From: Candidatus Cloacimonadales bacterium | Lineage (GTDB): Bacteria; Cloacimonadota; Cloacimonadia; Cloacimonadales; JAFGVF01 | DNA length: 64,000 nt | Assembly (NCBI GenBank): GCA_963678315.1 | Contig: OY782781.1 | Location: 1,568,001 to 1,632,000 of the forward strand | Reading direction: 5' to 3' | The notes under the pieces: model-generated | The model's input: the letters and a program-made list of their open reading frames with translations, nothing else | The model's database searches: none | Told to the model about the DNA's origin: nothing | Made by a program: the position numbers and the translations under genes | Shown here: piece after piece, positions 32,920-42,186 of the stretch | Layout of the letters: every line of letters starts with the position of its first letter | Position numbering within the stretch: the first letter of the stretch is position 1

Positions 32920-33649
32920 AAATCTTTTCTAGTCCTGCTTTGATTAGTTCCGAATTCTTCTTGTTTAGCATACCTCTAATGCCTTCGATAATTATCTTTC
33001 TATTAATGAAAGCTTTTTCTGCTTGTGAAGATAACTTTCCTGATAATGGTCTAAAGAACACAACAGACAATACTAAACCATAAAGAGTTGTAACCAATGC
33101 TAAACTCATTGCTTTTGGAACAATTGTAGGATCTTCAAAAGAACTAAGCATAGAAATCAGACCTATAACAGTACCAATCATCCCGAACATTGGTGATATA
33201 TTACTAGCTAAACCAAATACTTTGGAAGCTTTTTTATCTTTATTAAAAAGTGAAAGACTTTCTTTTTCTAACAAAAGGGCAATTTCTGAAGATGGAATAT
33301 TATCAGTTATTAAATTTAAACCAGATCGTAAGAATTTTAATTGTTGCACTTCATCAAAATCAATGATTTCTTTGAATGTTAATGATCTAGAATCTTTGCT
33401 AATGCTAACGATAATATCAACAAGATCATCATGAGATATATTATCTTCTTTATTTATTGTAAATAGCCTTTTGAATGAGAAGAAAAAATCGCTAATTGAG
33501 TAAGTGCTAATTATCGTTACTAAAGTTCCCCCAAGAGTAACAACAACAGCTGTTATATCAACAAAATCCTGCAAGTCTCCCTTGTTATATACTGCAAACA
33601 ATACAATAAAAAGTGATATAAGAATACCTATAAAAGTAGAAATTTTCAT
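32912..33649 (-). CDS. motA: Stator subunit MotA/PomA-like
   Basis: GGT in TM2; FLRSGLNLITD; PMFGMIGTVIGLI; AMSLALVTTLYG; PL..KL; IIIEG. Confidence 0.92.
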   Translation of the reverse strand: MKISTFIGILISLFIVLFAVYNKGDLQDFVDITAVVVTLGGTLVTIISTYSISDFFFSFKRLFTINKEDNISHDDLVDIIVSISKDSRSLTFKEIIDFDEVQQLKFLRSGLNLITDNIPSSEIALLLEKESLSLFNKDKKASKVFGLASNISPMFGMIGTVIGLISMLSSFEDPTIVPKAMSLALVTTLYGLVLSVVFFRPLSGKLSSQAEKAFINRKIIIEGIRGMLNKKNSELIKAGLEKIYA

Positions 33650-33658
33650 TTAATGTCC

Positions 33659-35044
33659 TTAATTTAAATTTAGTATGTATCTAATCTGATTTACTGATTG
33701 ATTGATAATAAGATTCTTTGTCTCTTCATTAAAATCGTCCAGCATTTCTATGTCCTCTTTCATAATCATAATAGCTCTTTCTGAGAGCTGAGAATAGAAC
33801 TTGTTCCTAATGTTATCAGGCACACACTTTAAGAATCTTACCATGTCTAAATGAGTGAACTCACTGTTAATTTGTTCCAGCTGTACATTCTTTAACTTAA
33901 GAATATCATCAATTAAGAATATTTTCTTTGAAAGCTGTTGACTAAAGTCACTATCAAAGAACTGGATTGACTTAAATATTTCGTTAGCTACGTCTGGAGA
34001 AGAATTATTAATAAACTTAGCCATTGTATTAAGTTTATTAATTTTATAGGGATCTTTTTCCATAGCTTCTAAATATTTCTGATACATATTTACAACTAGA
34101 ATTTTCATATCTAATTTAAGCACATTGTCTAAGTTTATGAGGGCTTTTAACACAGCGTTTTTATCACCAGTGTAATGTCTAAAGAAACTATCAAATTTAT
34201 CAGCATCAAGTTGACTTAAAATGATAGCGATCTCATTAGGATTCTCATCTTTTAAAATATTTATGAAGTTATCATTAGATAGCTCATTTAAAAAGGCAAA
34301 ACTAGTTGGACTGTCTTCCTCATCATCTTTTAGAAGTTGAACTTTTACAGGTCTATTGCCCAAGTTATTTGTATGGTTATTATTAGACTCAGAAGAAGAA
34401 CTTTGTGATAATGGAATGGATTGCATTCCGCTAACCTGATCAATATTAGTAACTTTAACTTTTCTCATTGATTTAGCAATGATTCTGAATCCACTTTTTA
34501 GATTATTAACAATTACGAAGAAAGCTAAAGCGAGTAAGGCAATAATTGAAATATTCTTTACGTTAAAGAATGAGTTGCTTTCAGACTTTATATTAAGATC
34601 TTTCTCAATATTAATTACATCACCTTCAAGCTCATTAATATAAGCAATATTTCTTACAATTTCAGAAATTTCTTCAATAACAGAATCATCAGTGTCTTGT
34701 GCAACACGAACTGTTACTCTTTTGCCAGTAACATCTGTTGGAGATAAATCAGTAAGATCAAGAGTTGGTATTTTGTCTTCAGTCTTTGCGACTGGTAGTC
34801 CAGGTAAGCTAGTTTGCTTATCTAGTGTCATTTGATCGCTATTGGGATCATAAAAGTTATAACTTAAATCAATATCAACATAGACTATACAATCTTTTAT
34901 AATTGGTTTCAAAGATGCGTTAATTCTTTCTGATAGTTCGTTTTCTAATCTTAGCTCAGCTAAAGAATTAGAGCCAATTCCAAATAAAAGTCCTGAAAAG
35001 CAAAGAATAAAAATGATAAGTAAAAATCTAATAACAATCTTCAT
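33659..35044 (-). CDS. FliF-like (ring-building domain plus TM) / FliG (middle and C-terminal) fusion protein
   Basis: FliF_C-like RVTVRV...IEEISEIVRNIAYINELEGDVINI; TM ISIIALLALAFFVIV; FliG_M-like FAFL...ENPNEIAIILSQL; FliG_C-like KKIFLIDDILKL...LKC...LSERAIMIMKEDIE. Confidence 0.8.
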   Translation of the reverse strand: MKIVIRFLLIIFILCFSGLLFGIGSNSLAELRLENELSERINASLKPIIKDCIVYVDIDLSYNFYDPNSDQMTLDKQTSLPGLPVAKTEDKIPTLDLTDLSPTDVTGKRVTVRVAQDTDDSVIEEISEIVRNIAYINELEGDVINIEKDLNIKSESNSFFNVKNISIIALLALAFFVIVNNLKSGFRIIAKSMRKVKVTNIDQVSGMQSIPLSQSSSSESNNNHTNNLGNRPVKVQLLKDDEEDSPTSFAFLNELSNDNFINILKDENPNEIAIILSQLDADKFDSFFRHYTGDKNAVLKALINLDNVLKLDMKILVVNMYQKYLEAMEKDPYKINKLNTMAKFINNSSPDVANEIFKSIQFFDSDFSQQLSKKIFLIDDILKLKNVQLEQINSEFTHLDMVRFLKCVPDNIRNKFYSQLSERAIMIMKEDIEMLDDFNEETKNLIINQSVNQIRYILNLN

Positions 35045-35168
35045 TACTACCTCTTATAGTTAATTGATATCAAGTGTAGTTTTTAGGCAAGAAAAAAATC
35101 AGTTTTTTTTTTGTTTGACTAAAATACCCAAAGTGCAAATATTAATTATCAAACTACGGAGATATCAG

Positions 35169-38100
35169 ATGAAATGTATTTTTAGTCGAACTACGATAAC
35201 GTTACTATTGATAATATTATTTAACTATTCAAATTTACTCAGTGAAAAAAAATATGATTTTAGTGAATGGAATGGTAATGTAGATATCATTGGAGAGAGT
35301 TCTTTTGATCAGTTTGGAGAAGATCTTGTTCATGGTGATGTGAATGGTGATGGTATAAACGATATTATATGTTCAAGTCCTTCAGCTGATCCTTCAGGTA
35401 GAAACTCTGCAGGTATTGTTTATATTTTTTATGGCGAGACAATTCTAGAACAAGAAACAACTATATCACTTGAAAGCAATAATGCCGATGTTACTATATA
35501 TGGGGCTGTAGCAGGACAAAAATGTGGTTCAAGCTTGGCTTGCGGCACAGTTAATAGTGACCTTTTTGATGATGTAGTAATTGGAGCTCCTTTTGCTAGT
35601 ACTAATGATCTTGAACAAAATGGTCTAGTATACATTATTAATGGTTCGAATAATTTACCAACAATTATAGATTTAGCTTCTGCTACTGGAATTGATAAAA
35701 TTAATGGTAGTACTAGTAATGATTTTTTAGGAAGTGATATCACTGTTGCGAATTTGAATAGCGATAATTTAGATGAAGTTATTATTAGTGCACCCAATGC
35801 AGATTCAGATAATACACAAAACTGTGGTAAGGTATATATCTTATGGTCTAATGAAAGCTACTCACAGAATCTTGATTTAGCTTCTGCTAATAATGTTACA
35901 TATTTTGTTGGTAACCATATCAATGAAAACTTAGGTTATAAGATTGCTTGCGGTAATATTAATAACGACTCTTTCTGTGATTTGTTCATTGGCGCTCCGG
36001 GTTTTGATGATGATAGTCTGTTAAATAATGGAAGGTTATTCCTTATAAAAGGTCGAGGTTTCTTTCCTTTTGGGCAAGTTGATATTACAAATGAAACTTA
36101 TGTAAATGCAACAATTGAAGGAACTAATCAAGCATCTGTAATTGGAAAAGCTTTTACAGTAGATGACTTCAATAATGATGGGAATGGAGATTTACTTCTC
36201 ACAGATCAAAGTAGTCAATTAGATTCAAACTTAATATACCTAATTTTAGGTAATAATAGCCTAACAGGTACCATTCTAGCAAACAGTGAAAACTCTAATT
36301 CATTAATTTCAGGAGAAGGTTTAGACAATACATTTGGTCAGTATCTTTACTCTGGAGATGTAAATAATGATTCTATATATGATATGATTATTTCCTCTCC
36401 TGAAGCAGAAACTACTAATGGTAATTCCTCTGGAATAGTCCATGTTATTTATGGTAATAGCCTTATTAATACTGCTTATGATGTTAATCTAGGTGATAGT
36501 GATGAAGTTTATCTTGGAAGCACAACACAGTCATTAACAGGTACTTCTATTTCTCTATGTGATTTTAATAATGATTCTAAAAATGATATTTGGATTGGTT
36601 CTCCAGGTAGTGGAAATAACAATGGTGAGATTAATAGTGTTTATGGTGGTATCCCATGGCTATATAATAGAAATCCTAATGAAGAAGCTACAGATGTAGA
36701 TATTGATAGTCCTGTATCTTTCTCATTGGCAGATGATAATCAGATTAATATTTCTTCTATCTCAGTTGTTATAGCTGGTACAGAATACAACTCTAATAGC
36801 AATAACTTCTCTTATAGTGGTTCGGAAGAAAATTACAGAATTACTGTAGCTCCTGAAGATTTTTACGGATATAACCAGATAATTGACGTATCAGTCAATG
36901 CTGAAGATGATGATGGCTGGCAGATACCTGAATCAAATTATAGATTTTTTACTAGAGAAGATACTGATCCTCCATTTACTGATTTATGGATTCCAGCTCC
37001 AGATGCAGTTGGCGTTGCTGTAGATACCAACATTGAATTCCATATTTATGATTTAGGGGATGGGGTCGACTTATCATCAATCACTGTTAATATTCAAGGT
37101 GAAAACTATTATTCAGGTCATCCTAATTTCTCAGCTCTGGGAGAGGCAAATGATTACACAATAGTAATTAATCCCCCTCAAAACTTTAGTTTTGGGGAAT
37201 TAGTTAATGTTACTATTGATGCTACAGATTTAGCTGAAGTCCCTAATGCCATGACTTCTTTCGAATACTCATTTACTTGCGGACAAGATAATTCTGCTCC
37301 TTCAATAATCTTAATAGAACCAGCTTATAATGAAGAAGTATCTAGAGTTAATCCTGTAATAATAGAGGTTAGAGATGATGAAACTGAGTTAAATCTTTCT
37401 TCAGCTGAATTAAAGCTTGATGATGTAAGTATATTAGCTTCATCACAGATAACCAATATAACAAATGGATATAGATTTTATTATTCAGCACTTGATAACG
37501 GTATACATTCATTCGGAAATCATGAAATTGAATTTTATATTGAAGATAGCTCTTCCAATGCAGTTGATACTCTATCAGTTTTTTCTGTGATACCAGATAA
37601 TGAAGCTCCTTTTACTCAGAATCACTATCCTGATAAGTTTTCTACCGAGAACGCAACAAATACCAGTTTTATGGTGGAAATATTTGATTTTCTTAGTGGA
37701 GTAGATATTAATACTGTCTCAATTAGATTGAATAGCCAAGAGATTATGAGTTCTCCATTCACAACTATTACAGATGTTGCTGATGGTTATAGAATTCTTT
37801 ACAGTCCTGATGAAAGGTTTCAAGGAGAAGTTTCAGTAGAAATTGATGCAGGTGATCTTGATATACCAGCCAACAACATGCCAACAGAAGTCTATACTTT
37901 TGAATGTACAAGTGATACTGAAGCCCCTTACATAGAAAATGTTGATCCTGAAGTCGGCGAGATTAACGTTAGTCCTGATACTAATGTACAATTTAGAATA
38001 AAAGATGATAAAACTGGGGTTGATATTTCAACCTTATCAGTTAAAGTTAATAATATTGTTGTAACTGATAATGTAACGACAGCTCTAGTTACATCTGGTT

Positions 38101-39833
38101 TTGATGTGCTTTATATTCCATCTGAAATATTTGATTTCAATGAATGGGTTGAAGTAGAAATTGCATGTTATGACAAAGCTCTTGTTCCTAATTTGTTTAC
38201 AACTGATTATAGCTTTAGAATAACTCCAGATCTTATTCCACCTGAACTAGTAAATCTATCCCCCGAAGCCAATGAAACAGGAGTTCCTATCTCTGAAAAT
38301 ATATATTTTGAAATTACTGATAATGGACTTGGTGTTGATATCAACAGCTTATCAATGAGAGTAAATGGGGTTCAAGTTAATCCAGATTATGAAGAAATTA
38401 ATGATACAAATAATTATGCTGTAACCTATGAACACCAAGATTTTGATTATTCAGAAGAAGTGACTGTTGTAGTATCTGTGTCAGATCTTGCAGCGTCTCC
38501 GAATAGTTTAATTAATTATAACTATATGTTCCAAACAGTAGATGATGATAATGTTGAACCATTTTTTACTGCCTTTAATCCAACACCTGATGCTATAGAG
38601 GTGCCTGTTGAGACTTCAATCTCTATGGAAATCCTAGATGCTGATTCAGGCATAGATGAAACTTCAATTATATTTAAAATTAATAATGAAACAATTGAAA
38701 GTTACCAGCTAACACCGATTGATAGTGATGAGGGAACAGGTTTTCAACTTCTTTATGAACCTAATGAAGAGTTTAATTACAATGAGACTGTTCATGTTCA
38801 GATTTATGCAATGGATTCTTCTAGTAATAACAATAGTAATAGTATGAATTATTCTTTTACTACTTTAGTTGATGACGATCCTCCATATCTTAGCTTTTCA
38901 TATCCTGAATCTGGAGGTAATGGTTATGCTAATTCTTTAGTGTATCTTAATTTTAATGATGACTTATCTGGGGTAGATAAGACTAGTTTTAATTTGAAAA
39001 TTAATGATTCTTTTGTGACAACTTATACAGATTCTTTAGATGGAAATGCTTTTGAGGTTTGGTACGAAACAGAAGATAACTACACTTCAGATATTGTTGA
39101 AGTAGAATATTACATATCTGACAAGGTGGGTAATACTTTAAACGAATCCTTTGAATTTAACATTATAGAGGATATATATCCTCCATATTTTGTGCAAATT
39201 GGATCCTTTGCAGATAATCAAGATGAAATAGTAAATAAACTAAAAATAGCTATTCTTGATAAGGGGGTTGGCATTAATAAAGAGAGTATTCAGTTCGAAG
39301 TTAATAATCAAAGTGTAGAAAACTATTCGCTAGATGAACATATTTATGATTCAAACCCTGACTCATTAGGTTATGTGCTGACTTATAATGTTAATGAAAA
39401 TAATTATGATGGTCAAAAACTTAAAGTTAATATTTATGCAGAAGATGAAAACAATCCTATTCCTCTTTCTGGTGAAGCTCAACTAAGTTTCTATATATGG
39501 CGTGAGCTAAATTCAGATAAAGTAGAGATTGTTCCAAATATTTTGAGCCTAAATAATGATGGATATAACGATGAATGCAGAATAATCATTCCATCCAATA
39601 AAAATGCTGTGTGTAAAATATTCACAATGGAAGGTAAAGAGATCAAAGACTTGGATATTATGCCTTATAGCTATGAAGATAGTCCTGATTTATCAAAAGG
39701 TGTGCAAGATTACCAAGTTGCCATCTGGGATGGTAGAAACAAAGACAATAAGATTGTCAATGCCGGAATTTACTTTTGCCAAGTCGAAGTAAATGGTAAG
39801 AAACACTTAAACACAATAACAATAGCAAAGTAG
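35169..39833 (+). CDS. Large surface adhesin: 7 FG-GAP blades, about 9 Ig-like repeats, T9SS type-B (CHU_C)/FlgD-like C-terminal domain
   Basis: GDVNGDGINDI-type Ca-binding loops x7; D..(A/P)P linkers and D..GVD..S about every 105 aa; VPNILSLNNDGYND...WDG...GIYF...ITIAK. Start ATG 35169 behind GGAG. Confidence 0.85.
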   Translation: MKCIFSRTTITLLLIILFNYSNLLSEKKYDFSEWNGNVDIIGESSFDQFGEDLVHGDVNGDGINDIICSSPSADPSGRNSAGIVYIFYGETILEQETTISLESNNADVTIYGAVAGQKCGSSLACGTVNSDLFDDVVIGAPFASTNDLEQNGLVYIINGSNNLPTIIDLASATGIDKINGSTSNDFLGSDITVANLNSDNLDEVIISAPNADSDNTQNCGKVYILWSNESYSQNLDLASANNVTYFVGNHINENLGYKIACGNINNDSFCDLFIGAPGFDDDSLLNNGRLFLIKGRGFFPFGQVDITNETYVNATIEGTNQASVIGKAFTVDDFNNDGNGDLLLTDQSSQLDSNLIYLILGNNSLTGTILANSENSNSLISGEGLDNTFGQYLYSGDVNNDSIYDMIISSPEAETTNGNSSGIVHVIYGNSLINTAYDVNLGDSDEVYLGSTTQSLTGTSISLCDFNNDSKNDIWIGSPGSGNNNGEINSVYGGIPWLYNRNPNEEATDVDIDSPVSFSLADDNQINISSISVVIAGTEYNSNSNNFSYSGSEENYRITVAPEDFYGYNQIIDVSVNAEDDDGWQIPESNYRFFTREDTDPPFTDLWIPAPDAVGVAVDTNIEFHIYDLGDGVDLSSITVNIQGENYYSGHPNFSALGEANDYTIVINPPQNFSFGELVNVTIDATDLAEVPNAMTSFEYSFTCGQDNSAPSIILIEPAYNEEVSRVNPVIIEVRDDETELNLSSAELKLDDVSILASSQITNITNGYRFYYSALDNGIHSFGNHEIEFYIEDSSSNAVDTLSVFSVIPDNEAPFTQNHYPDKFSTENATNTSFMVEIFDFLSGVDINTVSIRLNSQEIMSSPFTTITDVADGYRILYSPDERFQGEVSVEIDAGDLDIPANNMPTEVYTFECTSDTEAPYIENVDPEVGEINVSPDTNVQFRIKDDKTGVDISTLSVKVNNIVVTDNVTTALVTSGFDVLYIPSEIFDFNEWVEVEIACYDKALVPNLFTTDYSFRITPDLIPPELVNLSPEANETGVPISENIYFEITDNGLGVDINSLSMRVNGVQVNPDYEEINDTNNYAVTYEHQDFDYSEEVTVVVSVSDLAASPNSLINYNYMFQTVDDDNVEPFFTAFNPTPDAIEVPVETSISMEILDADSGIDETSIIFKINNETIESYQLTPIDSDEGTGFQLLYEPNEEFNYNETVHVQIYAMDSSSNNNSNSMNYSFTTLVDDDPPYLSFSYPESGGNGYANSLVYLNFNDDLSGVDKTSFNLKINDSFVTTYTDSLDGNAFEVWYETEDNYTSDIVEVEYYISDKVGNTLNESFEFNIIEDIYPPYFVQIGSFADNQDEIVNKLKIAILDKGVGINKESIQFEVNNQSVENYSLDEHIYDSNPDSLGYVLTYNVNENNYDGQKLKVNIYAEDENNPIPLSGEAQLSFYIWRELNSDKVEIVPNILSLNNDGYNDECRIIIPSNKNAVCKIFTMEGKEIKDLDIMPYSYEDSPDLSKGVQDYQVAIWDGRNKDNKIVNAGIYFCQVEVNGKKHLNTITIAK

Positions 39834-39839
39834 GTTAAC

Positions 39840-41315
39840 ATGAAAAATACAAATATAAAAATTACAGTCTTTCTTGTTTTATTACTTTGCACATTAGATT
39901 TATATTCTTTCAATTTCTTCAAGGGTGGACTTAGGAATTATAGTTTAGCTGGAACAGGTGTAGCCTCAACTAATGATGTATCTGCTAGTGGCTACAATCC
40001 TTCTTTGCTTAATTTGAATAGAGATTTTTCCATACTAACAGACTCAAGAGTCTATTTCTATGATCTTGAGAATGATGATTTAAGCTTTAATTATTTTGCT
40101 TTAGGAGTACCTCTCGGACGTTATGGCTCTTTAGCTTTATCAGGGGATATTTTCAATGCTAATCTTTATGATGAAAATAGATATGGATTACATTGGGGAT
40201 ACTCATTAACAGATGATTTTGGTATAGGTACCAGCATCAATTATTACTCTATATCTTATGGAGGAAATGAGTATACCCAGAATGACCCATTCTTTGTTGA
40301 TAATAATACTGATAAGGCAGCTCTTGATCTAGATTTTGGATTATATTATAATCTTAGTCAGCAATGGAGACTAGGACTCTCATCGAAAAATATACTTCAA
40401 TCTGATCTAGCGATTGATAGTAGTAATGAAGAACAGTTAAATAGAGAAATCTTAATTGGTAATAATTATCAATATAGAAAATTTAATTTTATGCTTGATC
40501 TTGGTCTTATTCAGAATGCTGTAACAGAAGAAAACGAACTAAATTATGCTTTAGCTAGTGAATATAAATTATACGATAATCTTGCTATTAGAACTGGTAT
40601 TAACAATAATGATCTAACTTTTGGGTTTGGCTTTGAGATTATCGACAAAGAATATGTTTCTTCTTACAGATCTTCATATAACTCAAAAAAAATGATTGAG
40701 ACTAAAAGTGTTGTTTTCTCTGTAGATTATGCTTTCTCTTATCCTTTGTTGAGTGATCTTGCTATTCCATACGGAAATCACTTTGTAGGTTTAAGCTTTA
40801 AATTTGGTAACTCACAATCTAGTGAAGATGAACTTAAAAAACATGTTTCTCCTGTAGTGGAAGAGGCAATCGTTGAGATTCCTGTCAAAGCATCTTTAGA
40901 TAATTCTAAACCGCATGTCTTAGTTGATACAGTTTATGTAGATAAGATTATTAGAGATACTATTGTTGTAGTTGATACAATTGAGGTTATTACAGGAGTA
41001 CCTGAGAGTGAGTATCAGAAGAAAATTCAGGAGCTTAATGCTGCATACACTAAAATCAAAACTTATAAAACTAATAATCAAGCTCTGATACACATAACTA
41101 ATGCAACGAAATACTATTATAGCAGTGATTTTGAGAAGGCTATTGATGAGTGTAATAAAGCTATAAGGCTTGCTCCAGATATGGCACTTGCTTATATAAA
41201 ACTCGGTTCGATATATTATAGGCAAGGAAAAGCAGACTTAGCAATGAAGAATTGGAAAATTGCTAAAAGACTAGACCCTAAAAACCCTGAACTTGAAGGT
41301 CTTTTTGATGATTAA
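39840..41315 (+). CDS. PorV/PorP-SprF-like outer-membrane barrel with C-terminal stalk and TPR domain
   Basis: RNYSLAGTGVASTNDVSASGYNPSLL N-terminal motif; DLDFGL, IRTG, VDYAF strands; TPR AIDECNKAIRLAPD..LAYIKLG. Confidence 0.7.
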   Translation: MKNTNIKITVFLVLLLCTLDLYSFNFFKGGLRNYSLAGTGVASTNDVSASGYNPSLLNLNRDFSILTDSRVYFYDLENDDLSFNYFALGVPLGRYGSLALSGDIFNANLYDENRYGLHWGYSLTDDFGIGTSINYYSISYGGNEYTQNDPFFVDNNTDKAALDLDFGLYYNLSQQWRLGLSSKNILQSDLAIDSSNEEQLNREILIGNNYQYRKFNFMLDLGLIQNAVTEENELNYALASEYKLYDNLAIRTGINNNDLTFGFGFEIIDKEYVSSYRSSYNSKKMIETKSVVFSVDYAFSYPLLSDLAIPYGNHFVGLSFKFGNSQSSEDELKKHVSPVVEEAIVEIPVKASLDNSKPHVLVDTVYVDKIIRDTIVVVDTIEVITGVPESEYQKKIQELNAAYTKIKTYKTNNQALIHITNATKYYYSSDFEKAIDECNKAIRLAPDMALAYIKLGSIYYRQGKADLAMKNWKIAKRLDPKNPELEGLFDD

Positions 41316-41363
41316 TAGAGATGAAGTATTAGCTTTATCTACAATATAGTATTGGTAATAGAA

Positions 41364-41394
41364 AAAGGCAGATTAGCTAAGCTAATCTGCCTTT
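41364..41394. terminator. Bidirectional intrinsic terminator
   Basis: AAAGGCAGATTAGC-TAA-GCTAATCTGCCTTT, perfect 14-bp stem. Confidence 0.85.
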
Positions 41395-41451
41395 CATAAT
41401 GCGTAAATTATTAATACTATAAATCTATATGTTATTAATTCTTTTACTAGG

Positions 41452-41721
41452 TTAGTATCTGTTGCTTCTGAACTTTTGTTCACGAGGACGAGCTTCATTA
41501 ACTTTTAAGTTACGTCCACCAATTTCATTATCGTTTAGGTTTTTGATAGCTTCTTCGCCATCTTCTTTGTTAGCCATTTCTACGAAACCAAAACCTTTAG
41601 GTCTTCCAGTTTCTCTGTCTTCAATAATCTTGGCAGAAATAACTTCGCCAAACTCAGCAAATAAAGCTCTTAATTCATCTTCTGTCATTTTGTATGACAT
41701 GTTTCCAACGTAAATATTCAT
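41452..41721 (-). CDS. RRM-domain RNA-binding protein
   Basis: RNP2 IYVGNM, RNP1 KGFGFVEM, LKVNEARPRE. Confidence 0.95.
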   Translation of the reverse strand: MNIYVGNMSYKMTEDELRALFAEFGEVISAKIIEDRETGRPKGFGFVEMANKEDGEEAIKNLNDNEIGGRNLKVNEARPREQKFRSNRY

Positions 41722-41811
41722 TTAATTTCCTCACTTCTTGACTTTTCATAAAGTCATCGAAGATACTTTTTAGGAAATCTAAAACATTGTCAATAAATAT
41801 AATATTTATTT

Positions 41812-42186
41812 TTAAATATTGGTGTTTAACGAAATATTAAGAGCTTCAATTAAATCTACTTTTGAGATTGGTTTCGTTAAGTAATGATCACAACCTGCAT
41901 CGTATGCTGCTCTTTTTTCTTCAGGGTAAGCATATGCTGTTAAGGCTATTATAGGTTTTTCGAAGCCAAAATCTCTTATCTTTCTTGTAGCACTTAGACC
42001 ATCCATTAAAGGCATCTTGATATCCATTAGTACAAGATCAATATTATTTCCTTCTTTAGTTATTTTTTTTACAGCAGCTTCCCCATTAACCTCATTAATT
42101 AAATTAAAGTCCTCTTTTAAATATGCTTTAACTAATATATAGTTATCTATTTGATCTTCTACTACTAATATTGTCTTTTTATGCAT
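41812..42186 (-). CDS. Single-domain response regulator (CheY-like receiver)
   Basis: LVVED, LMDIKMP.MDG, IIALTA, KP. Start moved to ATG 42186 behind AAGGAG. Confidence 0.9.
   Translation of the reverse strand: MHKKTILVVEDQIDNYILVKAYLKEDFNLINEVNGEAAVKKITKEGNNIDLVLMDIKMPLMDGLSATRKIRDFGFEKPIIALTAYAYPEEKRAAYDAGCDHYLTKPISKVDLIEALNISLNTNI

Noticed and set aside
32227..33649. Zorya (ZorAB) anti-phage system or ExbBD/TolQR
   Set aside because: MotA lacks the long ZorA tail, no ZorC/D/E is present, MotB has flagellar-type motifs, and a FliG-like rotor is adjacent.
32227..35044. Decaying remnant of a flagellar operon
   Set aside because: ORFs are intact, keep the ion-binding and torque residues, and are translationally coupled to non-flagellar genes. 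Cannot be fully excluded without the whole genome.
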